From: Actinomycetes bacterium
GTDB lineage: Bacteria; Actinomycetota; Coriobacteriia; Coriobacteriales; UBA8131
Reading direction: 5' to 3'
DNA length: 64,000 bases
Assembly: GCA_009787085.1 (NCBI GenBank)
Contig: WRGR01000046.1
Location: 11,147 to 75,146, forward strand
In this document: piece by piece, positions 30,970 through 40,923 of the stretch
How positions within the stretch are numbered: position 1 is the first letter of the stretch
How the letters are laid out: the number at the start of each line of letters is the position of its first letter
The notes under the pieces: model-generated
The model's database searches: none
The model's input: only the letters and a program-made list of their open reading frames with translations
What the model was told of the DNA's origin: nothing
Position numbers and translations under genes: made by a program

Positions 30970-33265
30970 AAAGCAGCCCTCCCAGCTGATAGACCGCCAA
31001 GGCACCCAAGTAGGCCGCCGCCACGCTCCAAGCAGCCTGGCCGACTGCCCACTTCCAAGAGCCGAATTCCTTTTTCAAGGTGGCAAAAGCGGCCACACAG
31101 GGCACATAGAGCAAGCAGAAGACCATGAAGCTCAAGCCGGCCAGCGGGCTGGCAAAGCCGGCCTCTGCCAAAACGCCAGCGCTCAAGATACCACCGCCGA
31201 GGGCGCTCTCGCCGCCCACCCCCAACAAGGTGCCAAGCGTCGATATCACGGTTTCTTTAGAGATGAAGCCACAGATGATGGCAACCACCGCAATCCAGCT
31301 GCCGAAGCCCAACGGCGTGAACAACGGCGCAATGACCTTGCCAAAAGCCGCTAGGAAGGAATCGCCGATCTCTACCATCTGCAAACTGCCGTCGACTACC
31401 GCGAAGCTGGAAAGCAGCCAGAGCAGCACACACATCGCGAAGATAATCGTCCCGGCGCGTACTAAGTAGCCTTTTAGCTTGTCCCAAAGTGTCAGCAGCA
31501 CTGAGCGGACCTGCGGCAGCCGATAGCGCGGCAGCTCGATGATAAAGGGCGAGAACTCGCCTTTGAACAGCAGCTTACGCAAGATGATGCCGGAGGCCAC
31601 CGCCGCCAAGATTCCCAACAGGTACATGGAAAACACCACAACATCGGCCATAGCGGGGAAAAACGCCCCGGCCATCACCAAAAAAATCGGTGCCCGGGCA
31701 CCACAGGACATGAAAGGCACCAGCATCAAGGTCAGGCGGCGGTCGTCTTCGTTCTCCATCGTCCGCGCCGCCATAGCGGCAGGAACAGTGCAGCCGAACC
31801 CCATCAACAGCGGCATGAAACTCTTGCCGGAAAGCCCGAAGCGACGCAGCAAGCGGTCCATGATAAAAGCCGCCCGGGCAATGTAGCCGCAGTCTTCGAG
31901 CAACGTCAAGAACAAGAAGAGCAGGATGATCTGTGGCACAAAAGAGAGCACCGCGCCTATGCCGCCGACCACGCCGTTGATCACCAAGCTGTAAGCCCAA
32001 CCGTCAGGCGCAAACAGCGGTGCCAGCAATTCCGAAAAGGCACTGATCAGGGTGATAACCTGGTCTTGCAAGAAAACCCCGGGGGAAGGAACACCGGGAA
32101 TGCCAAACAAGGTGGTCGAGAAGGTCAGGTGGAAGATCAGCAGCATCAGCAAAAGGAAGATCGGCAAAGACCACAGCCGGTGGGTCAAAACGCGGTCGAT
32201 AGCGTCAGTGCGGCTCATTGCGGCCTCGGCCATTCGCCCCTCATGCTGCAAGAGTTCCTGCCGTAAAAGATCGCGGCGGTCAAGTGGCTCAGACGCTGCC
32301 AGCGGCACACCGTCGTAGCCATCCGGGTCAAGCTCGGCCGGCTGGTGCCCCCCAAGGCTGGGGCGAGGCTTCGAGAACAATTCCGAAGGACGGTCATGGT
32401 TGGCCTTCAGGTAGCCCTGTGGCGCATGCCGGACATGATGGTAATGGCTGCCGTCGGCGGACCAAACTGTTACCCCATGGTAGATGATGTGGTGGATCAA
32501 GCGGTAGCGAGCCTCGGCAAAGGCCGACGAAACCAAGCCGTGCTGTTCCTCAAAACCAGCCTTCAGCTCAGCGATCTGCTGGATGACGACATCGTCCAAG
32601 GTCAAATGGCGCAACACCAGCTCATCGCCTTCCAACACCTTGATGGCCATCCAATGCAGCGGGTAACCCCTGGCCTCCCGGTCGCCTATTCGCCGGCCGT
32701 GCTGCAGGTGGGGGGCGAGCAGATTTTCAGTGCTGGCAATCAGGTGCTCCAGATGGGGGCTGGGAAGCTCATGACATTGGGAAGGCACGGCTCGACCGAC
32801 CTCTTCCATCAGCCGCTGGATACCCCAGCGACGGGCTGCCGAGATTGCCACTACCGGAACCCCGAGGTCGTGTGCCAGCCGTTCGGTGTCGATCTGAAAG
32901 CCCTCGGCCTGCACCTCGTCGATCATGTTCAACGCCACCACAATCGGCACGTTCAGCTCGATCAGCTGGACGCTCAAATAAAGGTTTCGCTCCAAATTGG
33001 TGGCATCGACAATATTGATCACTACATCGGGGTGATTTTTGACCAAGTAGTCGCGGGAGACGATCTCTTCCATGCTGAAGGGCGAGAGAGAGTAGATACC
33101 CGGCAAGTCGATCAAGTCGCCTTCGCCGTAGCGCCTACGGATCGCCCCCCGTTTTTGCTCGACAGTCACACCCGGCCAGTTGCCGACATGTTGGTTAGCC
33201 CCTGTCAGCTCGTTGAACAGCATTGTCTTGCCGCTGTTGGGGTTACCGATCAAGGCTATTTCCAT
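30962..33265 (-). CDS. feoB: Ferrous iron transporter FeoB
   Basis: MEIALIGNPNSGKT...DLPGIYSL... G-domain plus a polytopic membrane domain. A ~100-aa His/Pro-rich insert lies between them. Confidence 0.95.
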   Translation of the reverse strand: MEIALIGNPNSGKTMLFNELTGANQHVGNWPGVTVEQKRGAIRRRYGEGDLIDLPGIYSLSPFSMEEIVSRDYLVKNHPDVVINIVDATNLERNLYLSVQLIELNVPIVVALNMIDEVQAEGFQIDTERLAHDLGVPVVAISAARRWGIQRLMEEVGRAVPSQCHELPSPHLEHLIASTENLLAPHLQHGRRIGDREARGYPLHWMAIKVLEGDELVLRHLTLDDVVIQQIAELKAGFEEQHGLVSSAFAEARYRLIHHIIYHGVTVWSADGSHYHHVRHAPQGYLKANHDRPSELFSKPRPSLGGHQPAELDPDGYDGVPLAASEPLDRRDLLRQELLQHEGRMAEAAMSRTDAIDRVLTHRLWSLPIFLLLMLLIFHLTFSTTLFGIPGVPSPGVFLQDQVITLISAFSELLAPLFAPDGWAYSLVINGVVGGIGAVLSFVPQIILLFLFLTLLEDCGYIARAAFIMDRLLRRFGLSGKSFMPLLMGFGCTVPAAMAARTMENEDDRRLTLMLVPFMSCGARAPIFLVMAGAFFPAMADVVVFSMYLLGILAAVASGIILRKLLFKGEFSPFIIELPRYRLPQVRSVLLTLWDKLKGYLVRAGTIIFAMCVLLWLLSSFAVVDGSLQMVEIGDSFLAAFGKVIAPLFTPLGFGSWIAVVAIICGFISKETVISTLGTLLGVGGESALGGGILSAGVLAEAGFASPLAGLSFMVFCLLYVPCVAAFATLKKEFGSWKWAVGQAAWSVAAAYLGALAVYQLGGLLFA

Positions 33266-33540
33266 GCAGGCTCCTGACGCACCGCAATCATCCGGGCCAG
33301 CTCTTTGCCCATGGCCAAGCGCGAGTTCTTGACCTGAAGGATAAGCCCGGCAGCAGTGTTGGAAACAACCTGAACCGATCCGGTGCAGATCAGACCCATG
33401 GTTTCCAACTTGTTCCGAGTGCGAGCATCAGCATTGTAGCTGATGATCCGGTAATGGCCGCCGGCCAAAGCTTGGGTCAACGGGACATCTGCTTTTTCTA
33501 ACTTTGGTTTTGACATGTTTTTGACGCTTAACTCACCCAC
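33256..33540 (-). CDS. feoA: FeoA-family protein
   Basis: SH3-like FeoA pattern: ...LTQALAGGHYRIISY...RNKLETMGLICTGSVQVVSN...GLILQVKNSRLAMGKELARMI.... Confidence 0.85.
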   Translation of the reverse strand: MGELSVKNMSKPKLEKADVPLTQALAGGHYRIISYNADARTRNKLETMGLICTGSVQVVSNTAAGLILQVKNSRLAMGKELARMIAVRQEPAWK

Positions 33541-33723
33541 TAGATGCAGCTCCTAACATCCTGATTCGGTGCTTCCTCGGTAAAAGTTAGATTTTACTGC
33601 CTTTCTAAACCAGTCTAGCCAATAACAAGTTAGTTGTAAAGAACTTTTGAAAACAGCGAGACAACATTCCTCTCAGCAGATGATAACGGTTATGGTCTAT
33701 AATTCTTCTGGAGGTGATTTCCA

Positions 33724-34656
33724 ATGAAAGCCATAGTTTTTGACGGACATCAGGCCAAGTTCATAGCCAACCACCCCCAGCCCAAGCCGCTTTCCAACGA
33801 ATGCTTGGTGCGTGTTGAGCTGAGCTGCGTTTGCAGCACCGACTTAGAGATCTTGCGCGGCTACCGGCCAAGCTTCCAAGGGGTTATGGGGCACGAGTTC
33901 GTGGGGCTGGTAGAGGCCAGCAGTATCCCGGAGCTGATCGGCCAAAGGGTTGTCGGCGAGATCAACCTGAGCTGCGGCCACTGCCTGTACTGCCTGACCG
34001 GTCGCCCTCAGCATTGCGCAGACCGCAGCACCTTGGGCATCAACCACAAGAACGGCTGCTTTGCCGAGTACCTGACACTCCCCAGCTCCTTGATTTGGCC
34101 GGTAGGCGAAATCAAGCCGGAGCGTGCCGTGTTCTGCGAGCCCTTGGCCGCCGCCCTGCGCATCACCGAACAGGTTTCCTTCCCACCAGCAGTGCCGGTG
34201 GCCATCATCGGCGACGGGCGGCAGGCCATGATGGTCTGTCAAGCTTTGTCGGCCAGTACTGAGGCCGAGCTGACGGTGTTTGGGAAGCACCCTGAGAAAC
34301 TAGCCCTGTTCGAGCCCTTTGCCAACACCTCGCTGGTGGTGGAGGGCAGCTTTGAGACGGTGATTGATGCCAGCGGCAGCCCGGATGCCCTGAAGGATGC
34401 CATCAAGCTGACGCGCAGCTTGGGCACACTGGTTATCAAGAGCACCTACGCCGGGATGGCCGAGATAAACATGAGCGAAGTGGTAGTTCGGGAGCTGACC
34501 ATCAAAGGCTCACGCTGCGGCCCTTTCAAGCCAGCGCTGAAACTTCTGGCCGACGAGCGCCTCAGTTTGCCGGAGCTGGAAATCCATGCTCCCGAAGACT
34601 TCCAAGCCGCCTTCGACTCCACGGCCTTCAAGGCAGCACTCGACTTCCGAGATTAA
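33724..34656 (+). CDS. Zinc-dependent alcohol dehydrogenase (MDR family)
   Basis: GGAGGTGA RBS. ...CVCSTDLEILRG...GHEFVG... and the structural-Zn Cys cluster CGHCLYCLTGRPQHC. Confidence 0.85.
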   Translation: MKAIVFDGHQAKFIANHPQPKPLSNECLVRVELSCVCSTDLEILRGYRPSFQGVMGHEFVGLVEASSIPELIGQRVVGEINLSCGHCLYCLTGRPQHCADRSTLGINHKNGCFAEYLTLPSSLIWPVGEIKPERAVFCEPLAAALRITEQVSFPPAVPVAIIGDGRQAMMVCQALSASTEAELTVFGKHPEKLALFEPFANTSLVVEGSFETVIDASGSPDALKDAIKLTRSLGTLVIKSTYAGMAEINMSEVVVRELTIKGSRCGPFKPALKLLADERLSLPELEIHAPEDFQAAFDSTAFKAALDFRD

Positions 34657-34660
34657 CCGC

Positions 34661-34724
34661 AGCCGTCGGCTAAGATGCCTTGCGAAAGGGCTGCCGGCTA
34701 AGCTGCCGGCTAAGATGCCTTGCG
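34661..34724. repeat. Partial tandem duplication (period 40 bp) of the clpX 3' end
   Basis: cggctaagatgccttgcg occurs at 34667-34684 and again at 34707-34724; the latter contains the real clpX stop at 34710-34712. gccggctaag also occurs at 34693-34702. Confidence 0.85.
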
Positions 34725-36113
34725 GGATTTCTTCTCGCTTTTGCGCAAAGTCAGTGTTGGTTTGGACTCGCCGCGCACTGCACCGGCAGTCACCACTACC
34801 TCGGCTATTGTGTCATTGCTGGGCAGCTCATACATCGTGTCCAGCAAGACACGCTCACAAATAGAGCGTAGGCCGCGGGCACCGGTGCCGTGCTTCACTG
34901 CCTCTTCGGCGATTGCCTGCAGCGCGTTGTCCTGAAAAGTCAGCTCCACGTCCTCAAAGCCGATCATCCGCTTGTACTGCTTCACTAGGGCATTCTTCGG
35001 CTCGGTGAGAATGCGCACCAGCTCCGCCTCGTTCAGGTCATCAACGTTGCAGATCACCGGGACACGACCGATGAACTCCGGGATCATACCGAACTTATGC
35101 AAATCCTCGGGCAACACCTGAGCCATCAGCTCCGAGGTCTGCTGGGAGTGCGGCTTTTTGACTTCGGCAGCGAAGCCAATACCCTTGCGGCCAATACGGT
35201 CGGCAACGATCTTATCCAAGTCAACAAATGCCCCGCCCAGAATAAAGAGGATGTTCGTGGTATTGATCTTCAACAGTTCTTGTTGGGGGTGCTTACGGCC
35301 GCCTTGGGGCGGCACTGAGGCCTCGGTTCCTTCGATGATCTTCAACAGCGCCTGCTGCACGCCTTCGCCGCTGACATCCCGGGTGATCGAAAGGTTCTCG
35401 GCTTTGCGGGCTACCTTGTCGATCTCGTCGATGTAAACTATGCCGATCTCGGCCCGTTCGATATCCATGTCAGCTGCGGCGATCAGCTTCAGCAAGATAT
35501 TCTCCACATCCTCGCCAACATAACCGGCCTCGGTAAGCACCGTGGCATCGGCAATGGCAAATGGAACCTGCAGTATACGGGCGAGGGTCTGAGCAAGCAA
35601 CGTCTTGCCACAGCCAGTCGGGCCCAACAGCAGGATGTTGCTCTTGGATATCTCAACGTCGCCCTCCACGGCTGCCTCGCCCAAGCCGATGCGCTTGTAG
35701 TGATTATAAACAGCTACGGAGAGCGCCTTCTTGGCACGTTCTTGACCGATCACGTATTCGGACAGCTGGCTGTGGATCTGCTCAGGGGTGGGCAGACGGG
35801 AGAGCAGATCGTCTTTCAGTTCCTCCAACGCCTGAGACTGCTCCGGATCTTCCTGCTCATCAAGCTCCAAACCATGTTCCAGCATCTGATTGCAAAGTTG
35901 CAGACATTCATCACAAATAAAAACACCAGGTCCGGCAATCAGCTTATGTACCTGGCTTTGGCTCTTGCCGCAAAAACTGCAACTGTACTCGAAGCCATCA
36001 AATCCCTCAAAGGGCGCGTTATCCGGATCGTCGCTTTGGCCAAACGTATAGCCACTATCGTCACCGACTCCCGGACTGCCAGCGTCGCCGTTTTCAGGCC
36101 TGTCCTTATCCAT
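34710..36113 (-). CDS. clpX: ATP-dependent Clp protease ATP-binding subunit ClpX (start at the ATG at 36113)
   Basis: Zn-finger CSFCGKS...ICDEC, Walker [18 protein letters not shown]. Confidence 0.95.
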   Translation of the reverse strand: MDKDRPENGDAGSPGVGDDSGYTFGQSDDPDNAPFEGFDGFEYSCSFCGKSQSQVHKLIAGPGVFICDECLQLCNQMLEHGLELDEQEDPEQSQALEELKDDLLSRLPTPEQIHSQLSEYVIGQERAKKALSVAVYNHYKRIGLGEAAVEGDVEISKSNILLLGPTGCGKTLLAQTLARILQVPFAIADATVLTEAGYVGEDVENILLKLIAAADMDIERAEIGIVYIDEIDKVARKAENLSITRDVSGEGVQQALLKIIEGTEASVPPQGGRKHPQQELLKINTTNILFILGGAFVDLDKIVADRIGRKGIGFAAEVKKPHSQQTSELMAQVLPEDLHKFGMIPEFIGRVPVICNVDDLNEAELVRILTEPKNALVKQYKRMIGFEDVELTFQDNALQAIAEEAVKHGTGARGLRSICERVLLDTMYELPSNDTIAEVVVTAGAVRGESKPTLTLRKSEKKSRKAS

Positions 36114-36765
36114 CGGCCTTTTCGCCTTTCTCCAAGTCGCGGCTGTAGAATATCTCATCCACTAAGCCAAAGTCCCGGGCCTCCTCGGCGCTCATAAAGT
36201 TGTCGCGCTCTGTGTCCTCGTTGACACGCTCCAGGTTCTGGCCAGTGTGGTCGGCCAGTATCTTGTTTATACGCTCGCGAACATAGAGTATCTCGCGGGC
36301 CGCTATCTCGATCTCGGTCTGCTGGCCTTGGGCGCCGCCCGAAGGCTGATGGATCATGACGCGGGAATTGGGCAGGGCAAAACGCTTGCCCTTGGTGCCC
36401 GCCGCCAGCAGCACCGCTGCCATCGAGGCCGCTTGGCCGAGACAGATCGTGCTGACATCACACTTGATGAACTGCATCGTGTCGTAGATGGCCAAGCCGG
36501 AGGTGATCACGCCGCCGGGCGAGTTGATATATAGCGAGATGTCCTTTTCCGGGTCGTCACTCTCCAAGTGCAGCAGCTGTGCGACCACGGTGTTGGCCAC
36601 ATGGTCGTCGATAGCCTCTCCCAAAAAAACGATGCGGTCGTTGAGCAAGCGCGAATAGATATCGAAGCTCCGCTCCCCCCGTGGTGACTGCTCGATGACG
36701 TAGGGGATCAGTGCTGAACGCGGCGGCTCGCAGTTGGACTGGTAATGTGGCAGTTGGTAAGCCAT
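36106..36765 (-). CDS. clpP: ATP-dependent Clp protease proteolytic subunit (start at the ATG at 36765)
   Basis: ...[22 protein letters not shown]...[11 protein letters not shown]...MIHQPSGG.... Confidence 0.95.
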   Translation of the reverse strand: MAYQLPHYQSNCEPPRSALIPYVIEQSPRGERSFDIYSRLLNDRIVFLGEAIDDHVANTVVAQLLHLESDDPEKDISLYINSPGGVITSGLAIYDTMQFIKCDVSTICLGQAASMAAVLLAAGTKGKRFALPNSRVMIHQPSGGAQGQQTEIEIAAREILYVRERINKILADHTGQNLERVNEDTERDNFMSAEEARDFGLVDEIFYSRDLEKGEKADG

Positions 36766-36775
36766 GACAGCCTCC

Positions 36776-38287
36776 TTATTCCTCTGTTTCCTCTGGCTTG
36801 TTCGACTTGTCGGGTTGGTCTGGCTTGTCGGACTTGCTGGACTGTTCGGCTTCGGTAGCTCCGTCGTCCGCAACAGCAGACTCTGCAACTGCAACGCCCT
36901 CGGAATCCGCAGATGCAGAACCCGTCGCTACTTCCAGCTCGGGCGGCGCTGCCTTCTCTTCGCTGACTATGGCCTGCTCGATCAACTGCTCTGAGGCCTT
37001 GACCCGACGGATGCCCTGACGGATCTCGGAGAGCCGCCCGGAGCTGCGCCATTCCTCGATCAGGAGTTCTGCCCGCTCAGCATCCTCAGCAGCCTCGTTT
37101 GGCTCCTGCTGCCCGTCGGCTTTGGCAATACCCTTCTTGAACTCTGCGGCGATCTCGTCGTCTGTGGCCGTCAGGTTATAATGACGTGCCCAAGCATCCA
37201 GCGCCAAAGCTTGCCGGGCACCGGCCTGGGCTTGGTGGGTGACATCTTCCCTAAAAGTCTGCGGAGTCATGCCGATGCTCGCCAGATAGGCCTCTAGGCT
37301 GGTGTTCTGTTTCTGCATGTTGGTGAAGATATCCCGGTACAGGTCCTGCTCGTAGTCGTTGACAACTGCTATGGGAACATCCCCCTGTAACCGACTGGCC
37401 AGCGCCTCGGTAACGCGATGGGCTTTCAGTCTCGGCAGCTCAGCTTCCTTCTGAGCTTTGATGCTCTCGGCAAGCAGGGTGCGGAAATGCTCAACGCCCT
37501 CGTACTCCAAGGTCTTCTGAACCCAGGCATCGGTCAGCTCCGGCAGCCTCTTGGTGGTTATCTTCAGCAAGGTCGCTTCGACGTGCAGGGTCGGTGCCTC
37601 AACCCCCTCGGCCATGTTCTCAGGGTTCAGGCTGAAGTCGAAGCTCAGTGGAGTGCCGGGCTGAATGCCAGTGAAGTGCTTCTCGAACTCCTCGGGCATC
37701 GAGTTGATGCCCAGCTGATAGGGCAGCGACTCCCCGGACAGATCGTCGATACGCTCACCGTCTTGGGTCACTTCCATGTCGATGGTCAAAACATCGCCAG
37801 TGGCACTAGCCCGCCCTTCCACCGGGTCGTATTCTGGGTAATAGCTCAGCATGGTGTCGATCCGCGCCTGTACCTCGGCATCGCTGGCTGCCGCTGAGGG
37901 CAGCTCGATTTCCACAGGATCATAAGACGACAGCTCCAGCTCGGGGGCGATGCTGAACTGAAGCACATAGTGGTAGTCATCACCGGCTTGGACTAGCTCG
38001 GGGTCGCCGAAATCCGGGCGGTCCAAGGGGATAAGATCGTGGGAGTCGACCGCCAGAGGCAGACTGTCCTTGATAACGGCATCGGCGGCCTTGGCCGCAA
38101 AATACTCCGCGCCGCCGTAAACGTTGTCCAGCACGTGGCGCGGTGCCTTGCCTGGCCGAAAGCCTTTAATGCGAGCCTTGCCGGCCTCTTTGTAGGCCGC
38201 ATCGATAGCGGCATCCACGTCTGCTGCGGGCACGGTAACAGCCAGTTCGACTTTGCCCTCTTCAAGTTGTTTAACTTCGGTTTCCAA
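36776..38287 (-). CDS. tig: Trigger factor (start TTG at 38287 after GAGAGGA) with an acidic C-terminal tail
   Basis: (M)[52 protein letters not shown]... is the canonical TF N-terminus. The tracked ORF extends further upstream to 38512. Confidence 0.9.
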   Translation of the reverse strand: METEVKQLEEGKVELAVTVPAADVDAAIDAAYKEAGKARIKGFRPGKAPRHVLDNVYGGAEYFAAKAADAVIKDSLPLAVDSHDLIPLDRPDFGDPELVQAGDDYHYVLQFSIAPELELSSYDPVEIELPSAAASDAEVQARIDTMLSYYPEYDPVEGRASATGDVLTIDMEVTQDGERIDDLSGESLPYQLGINSMPEEFEKHFTGIQPGTPLSFDFSLNPENMAEGVEAPTLHVEATLLKITTKRLPELTDAWVQKTLEYEGVEHFRTLLAESIKAQKEAELPRLKAHRVTEALASRLQGDVPIAVVNDYEQDLYRDIFTNMQKQNTSLEAYLASIGMTPQTFREDVTHQAQAGARQALALDAWARHYNLTATDDEIAAEFKKGIAKADGQQEPNEAAEDAERAELLIEEWRSSGRLSEIRQGIRRVKASEQLIEQAIVSEEKAAPPELEVATGSASADSEGVAVAESAVADDGATEAEQSSKSDKPDQPDKSNKPEETEE

Positions 38288-38523
38288 GGCTTTCTTGTCC
38301 TCTCGTTCGGTCTTGTCTATAAACCCAAATACTATAGCACAGGGCTCTATTTGAGATAAGCAGACAGCCGTCAGAGCTGCCAAGATGTTGAAAGAGAGGG
38401 GGGCAAAGCTGCTACAAGGCCCTTTTCCTGAGACCAAGCAGCCGCCAGCACCGCCCTTCAGCAAGTTTCGGTGGCAAGAAGACCGTGAATGCGCTACCCT
38501 AACATACGTCAAAAGCTGAGCGA

Positions 38524-38598
38524 GCGGCAGTAGTTCAATGGTAGAGCATCAGCCTTCCAAGCTGATTGTTGCGGGTTCGAGTCCCGTCTGCCGCTCCA
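38524..38598 (+). tRNA. tRNA-Gly (anticodon TCC), CCA encoded
   Basis: Manual cloverleaf: acceptor GCGGCAG/CTGCCGC, anticodon stem TCAGC/GCTGA with loop CTTCCAA, T-arm GCGGG-TTCGAGT-CCCGT. Confidence 0.9.
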
Positions 38599-38632
38599 AG
38601 TCGTAGTAGGCAAGCAGCCCGTTATGGCTAAG

Positions 38633-38795
38633 GGAAGCACCGATTTGATGCTGTTGCTCCAGATTGCAAGCAGTGCTACCCCAAGGCCGTTCGGGCAAAC
38701 GGTGCCACTACTAGCGGTAATGGCGCCGTTTGTGCAGGCAGGCCTAGGGTAGCTCAGCTTGCAAGATGGCGTGAGATGATTAATTCGGCGCTTCC
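38633..38795. repeat. Copy of the palindromic intergenic repeat family (arms GGAAGCACCGA at 38633-38643 and TCGGCGCTTCC at 38785-38795)
   Basis: The internal segment 38757-38780 matches 19788-19811 at 21/24 positions (gcttRcaagatggcgtgRSatgat). Confidence 0.7.
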
Positions 38796-39453
38796 TAAAA
38801 GGCGGTGGAGGACATTGGACGTTTTCGATACGCTGCGAGCAGCGGCCAACCCGGAACAAGCAAAGCGGATGAGCGCCTATATGCGCAACCACTTCGCCTT
38901 TCTCGGCATAGAGACACCGAAGCGCAGAAAGCTCTGTCGCGAGTTTTTGAAATCCCAGAAATCCGTCGACTGGGGGTTCGTTTTTGAGTGCTGGCAGCAG
39001 CCAGAACGGGAATACCAGTACTTGGCAGTGGATTGCCTTGCCAAGCTGAAGGGCCAGCTTACAGCGGCCGACATTCCGAACCTCGAGCGGTTGACAACCT
39101 CCAAATCATGGTGGGACACGGTAGATGCGCTGGACATGGTGGTTGGCGATATTGCGCTACGCCATGAGGAAGTCAACGCCACCTTGCTGCAGTGGAGCAG
39201 CGACGAAAACATCTGGCTGAGGCGTTGTGCCATCGACCACCAACGGGGCCGCAAAAACAAAACCAACACCGTGCTGCTAGAGCAGATACTCCTGAACAAC
39301 TTCGGCCAAAGCGAGTTTTTCATCAACAAGGCCATCGGCTGGAGCCTACGCGACTTCAGTAAGACCGACCCAGACTGGGTACGGCAGTTCATCGACAAGC
39401 ATAAGGAGAACATGTCGCCTTTGAGTGTTCGCGAAGGCAGTAAGTACTTGTGA
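38776..39453 (+). CDS. DNA alkylation repair protein (AlkD/AlkC-like HEAT-repeat family); start uncertain
   Basis: ...LRAAANPEQAKRMSAYMRNHFAFLGIETPKRRKL...WWDTVD...INKAIGWSLRDFSKTDP.... The tracked ATG lies inside the repeat element, so TTG at 38815 is an alternative start. Confidence 0.8.
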   Translation: MINSALPKRRWRTLDVFDTLRAAANPEQAKRMSAYMRNHFAFLGIETPKRRKLCREFLKSQKSVDWGFVFECWQQPEREYQYLAVDCLAKLKGQLTAADIPNLERLTTSKSWWDTVDALDMVVGDIALRHEEVNATLLQWSSDENIWLRRCAIDHQRGRKNKTNTVLLEQILLNNFGQSEFFINKAIGWSLRDFSKTDPDWVRQFIDKHKENMSPLSVREGSKYL

Positions 39454-39624
39454 CGTGGCATTTTGTGGTATGCCATTTGTCGATGCCTTCAAGTGACAGA
39501 TGCTTTTCGGTGCCTTCAAGCAGTAGGTGCACCACCCTTTGTCCCGCCTCTGCCGATATGCGATTATCCCGATGGAACCACTGTGGCATAGCAGACTAAC
39601 CAACTAGGTTCTAAGGAGGTGCGG

Positions 39625-39951
39625 ATGCCACAACTAGTCAACCTCTATGAGGCCAAGACCCATCTGTCTTCACTAGTCGATAGGGCCGCTAACGGCGAAC
39701 TGATCATTATTGCCCGTAACAACCGACCGGTTGCAACCCTGCAGCCCTACTCCGGGGGTGCTAGCTCAGGCTTCATCGGCCTCTTCAAAGACGCCTACAC
39801 CGTGCCAAGCGACTTCGACAGCTCCTCGATCGACGAGCTTAACGCCTTGTTCGAAGGCGACGCGCCTAATGGCAGCATGGGCAAAGAAAGCTCATGGCGA
39901 AGCTTTTGCTGGACACCAACATCCTGCTATTCGCCGGCAACGGCACGCTGA
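39625..39951 (+). CDS. Phd/YefM-family type II antitoxin with an unusual 58-nt overlap into the toxin gene
   Basis: TAAGGAGG RBS 6 nt before the ATG at 39625. MPQLVNLYEAKTHLSSLVDRAANGELIIIARNNRPVATLQPY....DFDSSSIDELNALFEG. Confidence 0.75.
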   Translation: MPQLVNLYEAKTHLSSLVDRAANGELIIIARNNRPVATLQPYSGGASSGFIGLFKDAYTVPSDFDSSSIDELNALFEGDAPNGSMGKESSWRSFCWTPTSCYSPATAR

Positions 39952-40283
39952 GCCAAGCAGCTTCCGAGATGTTTATCGATGACAGTCAGCAGAAATACTA
40001 CAGTGCGGCAAGCCTCTGGGAGATCGTTATCAAGACTATGACCGGCAAGCTTCCCTTAAAGATACCTGTGGAGAAGTTCGAAGAGGCAATGGCTGTTCAC
40101 GGTCTGCGTAGACTGGATATCACGGTCGCCCACATCTACGGCATCCAAAACCTAGAGCGCATCTAGGCCGACCCCTTTGACAGGCTGCTTGTGTCACAGG
40201 CCAAGCAAGAAGGCATGCTTTTGGCCACAGCGGACAAGGCTCTTCAAGGCTACGGTGACTGTATGCTTGTTTATCCGCACTAG
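39894..40283 (+). pseudogene. vapC: VapC-type PIN-domain toxin interrupted by an in-frame TAG at 40164-40166
   Basis: MAKLLLDTNILLF... (first acidic residue) and ...SLWEIVIK... precede the stop. The same frame then continues ADPFDRLLVSQAKQEGMLLATADKALQGY...* to 40283, carrying the remaining conserved PIN Asp residues. Confidence 0.75.
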
Positions 40284-40339
40284 AAGCGCCAAAACCATCT
40301 GGGTCAGCCAGAAAAAGCCCTGCGGACCGACCCTTACTG

Positions 40340-40745
40340 GAGCCAACAGTGTTGCTGGCAGCTGCCAAAGCCGAGAACGGGCGCTATCTGGACAGCCCCG
40401 ACGACTTGCCCGTGGCCTGCGACCCCTTCGCCGGCGGCGGCTCCACCCCGCTGGAGGCCTAGTGGCTGGGGCTTAAGGCCGACAGGGAGGTGCGCTACAC
40501 GGTGCGCCAGGGCGCCGACGGCCCTACGGGGGACGCCGACCGGACGGTCAACCGCGGTAACGGCGTCGCCCTCGGCGACAACACCCCGTTCTCTTCGGAC
40601 TACGTCAAGGCAGAGGGCGTCGCCGGCCAGATGGGCAGCCATCTGATCGCCATCGTCGCCGAGGGCGACAAGGGCAGGCTCTACCTCTCGCCCAACACCG
40701 AGCATGTCGCCGCCTCGACGGCCGCCCGCGCCCAGGAGGCCGGCA
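40340..40745 (+). pseudogene. Remnant of a DUF1156-type (anti-phage-associated) DNA methyltransferase, with an internal deletion and an in-frame stop
   Basis: My translation: ...LDSPDDLPVACDPFAGGGSTPLEA*WLGLKADREVRYTV...GQMGSHLIAIVAEGDKGRLYLSPNTEHVAA.... Motif I (DPFAGGGSxPLEAxRLGL) is joined directly to a far C-terminal segment of the family, as I recall it. Confidence 0.55.
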
Positions 40746-40923
40746 GCCAGTCCCAGCTGGCGGCTCCGCTGTCGGCCGTGATCCGGTCGATCTGCTCCTC
40801 GAGCCTCTGGATCTGCAGCCTGGCCTCCTCCATGCGGTCCTCCAAGGCCAGGCCGTCCGCTTGGAAGCGCATGGCGCAGTCCTCGAGCTTTCGCCACATC
40901 ATGTCGTCGTTGTCATTGCCCAC
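40681..40923 (-). CDS. Hypothetical coiled-coil protein (GTG start after AAGGAGG); the 3' end is probably truncated at the junction with the methylase remnant
   Basis: VGNDNDDMMWRKLEDCAMRFQADGLALEDRMEEARLQIQRLEEQIDRI.... RBS spacing is 6 nt. Confidence 0.4.
   Translation of the reverse strand: MGNDNDDMMWRKLEDCAMRFQADGLALEDRMEEARLQIQRLEEQIDRITADSGAASWDWLPASWARAAVEAATCSVLGER

Noticed and set aside
38509-38892. A minus-strand 127-aa ORF overlapping tRNA-Gly and the repeat element.
   Set aside because: It runs antisense through a well-formed tRNA and non-coding repeats, so it is spurious.
40164-40166. The in-frame TAG in vapC as programmed recoding (for example pyrrolysine or readthrough).
   Set aside because: No pyl genes or recoding signals are visible. 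TAG is used as an ordinary stop elsewhere in the window (for example nifJ at 28627-28629 and clpX at 34710-34712). A nonsense mutation is the simpler explanation.
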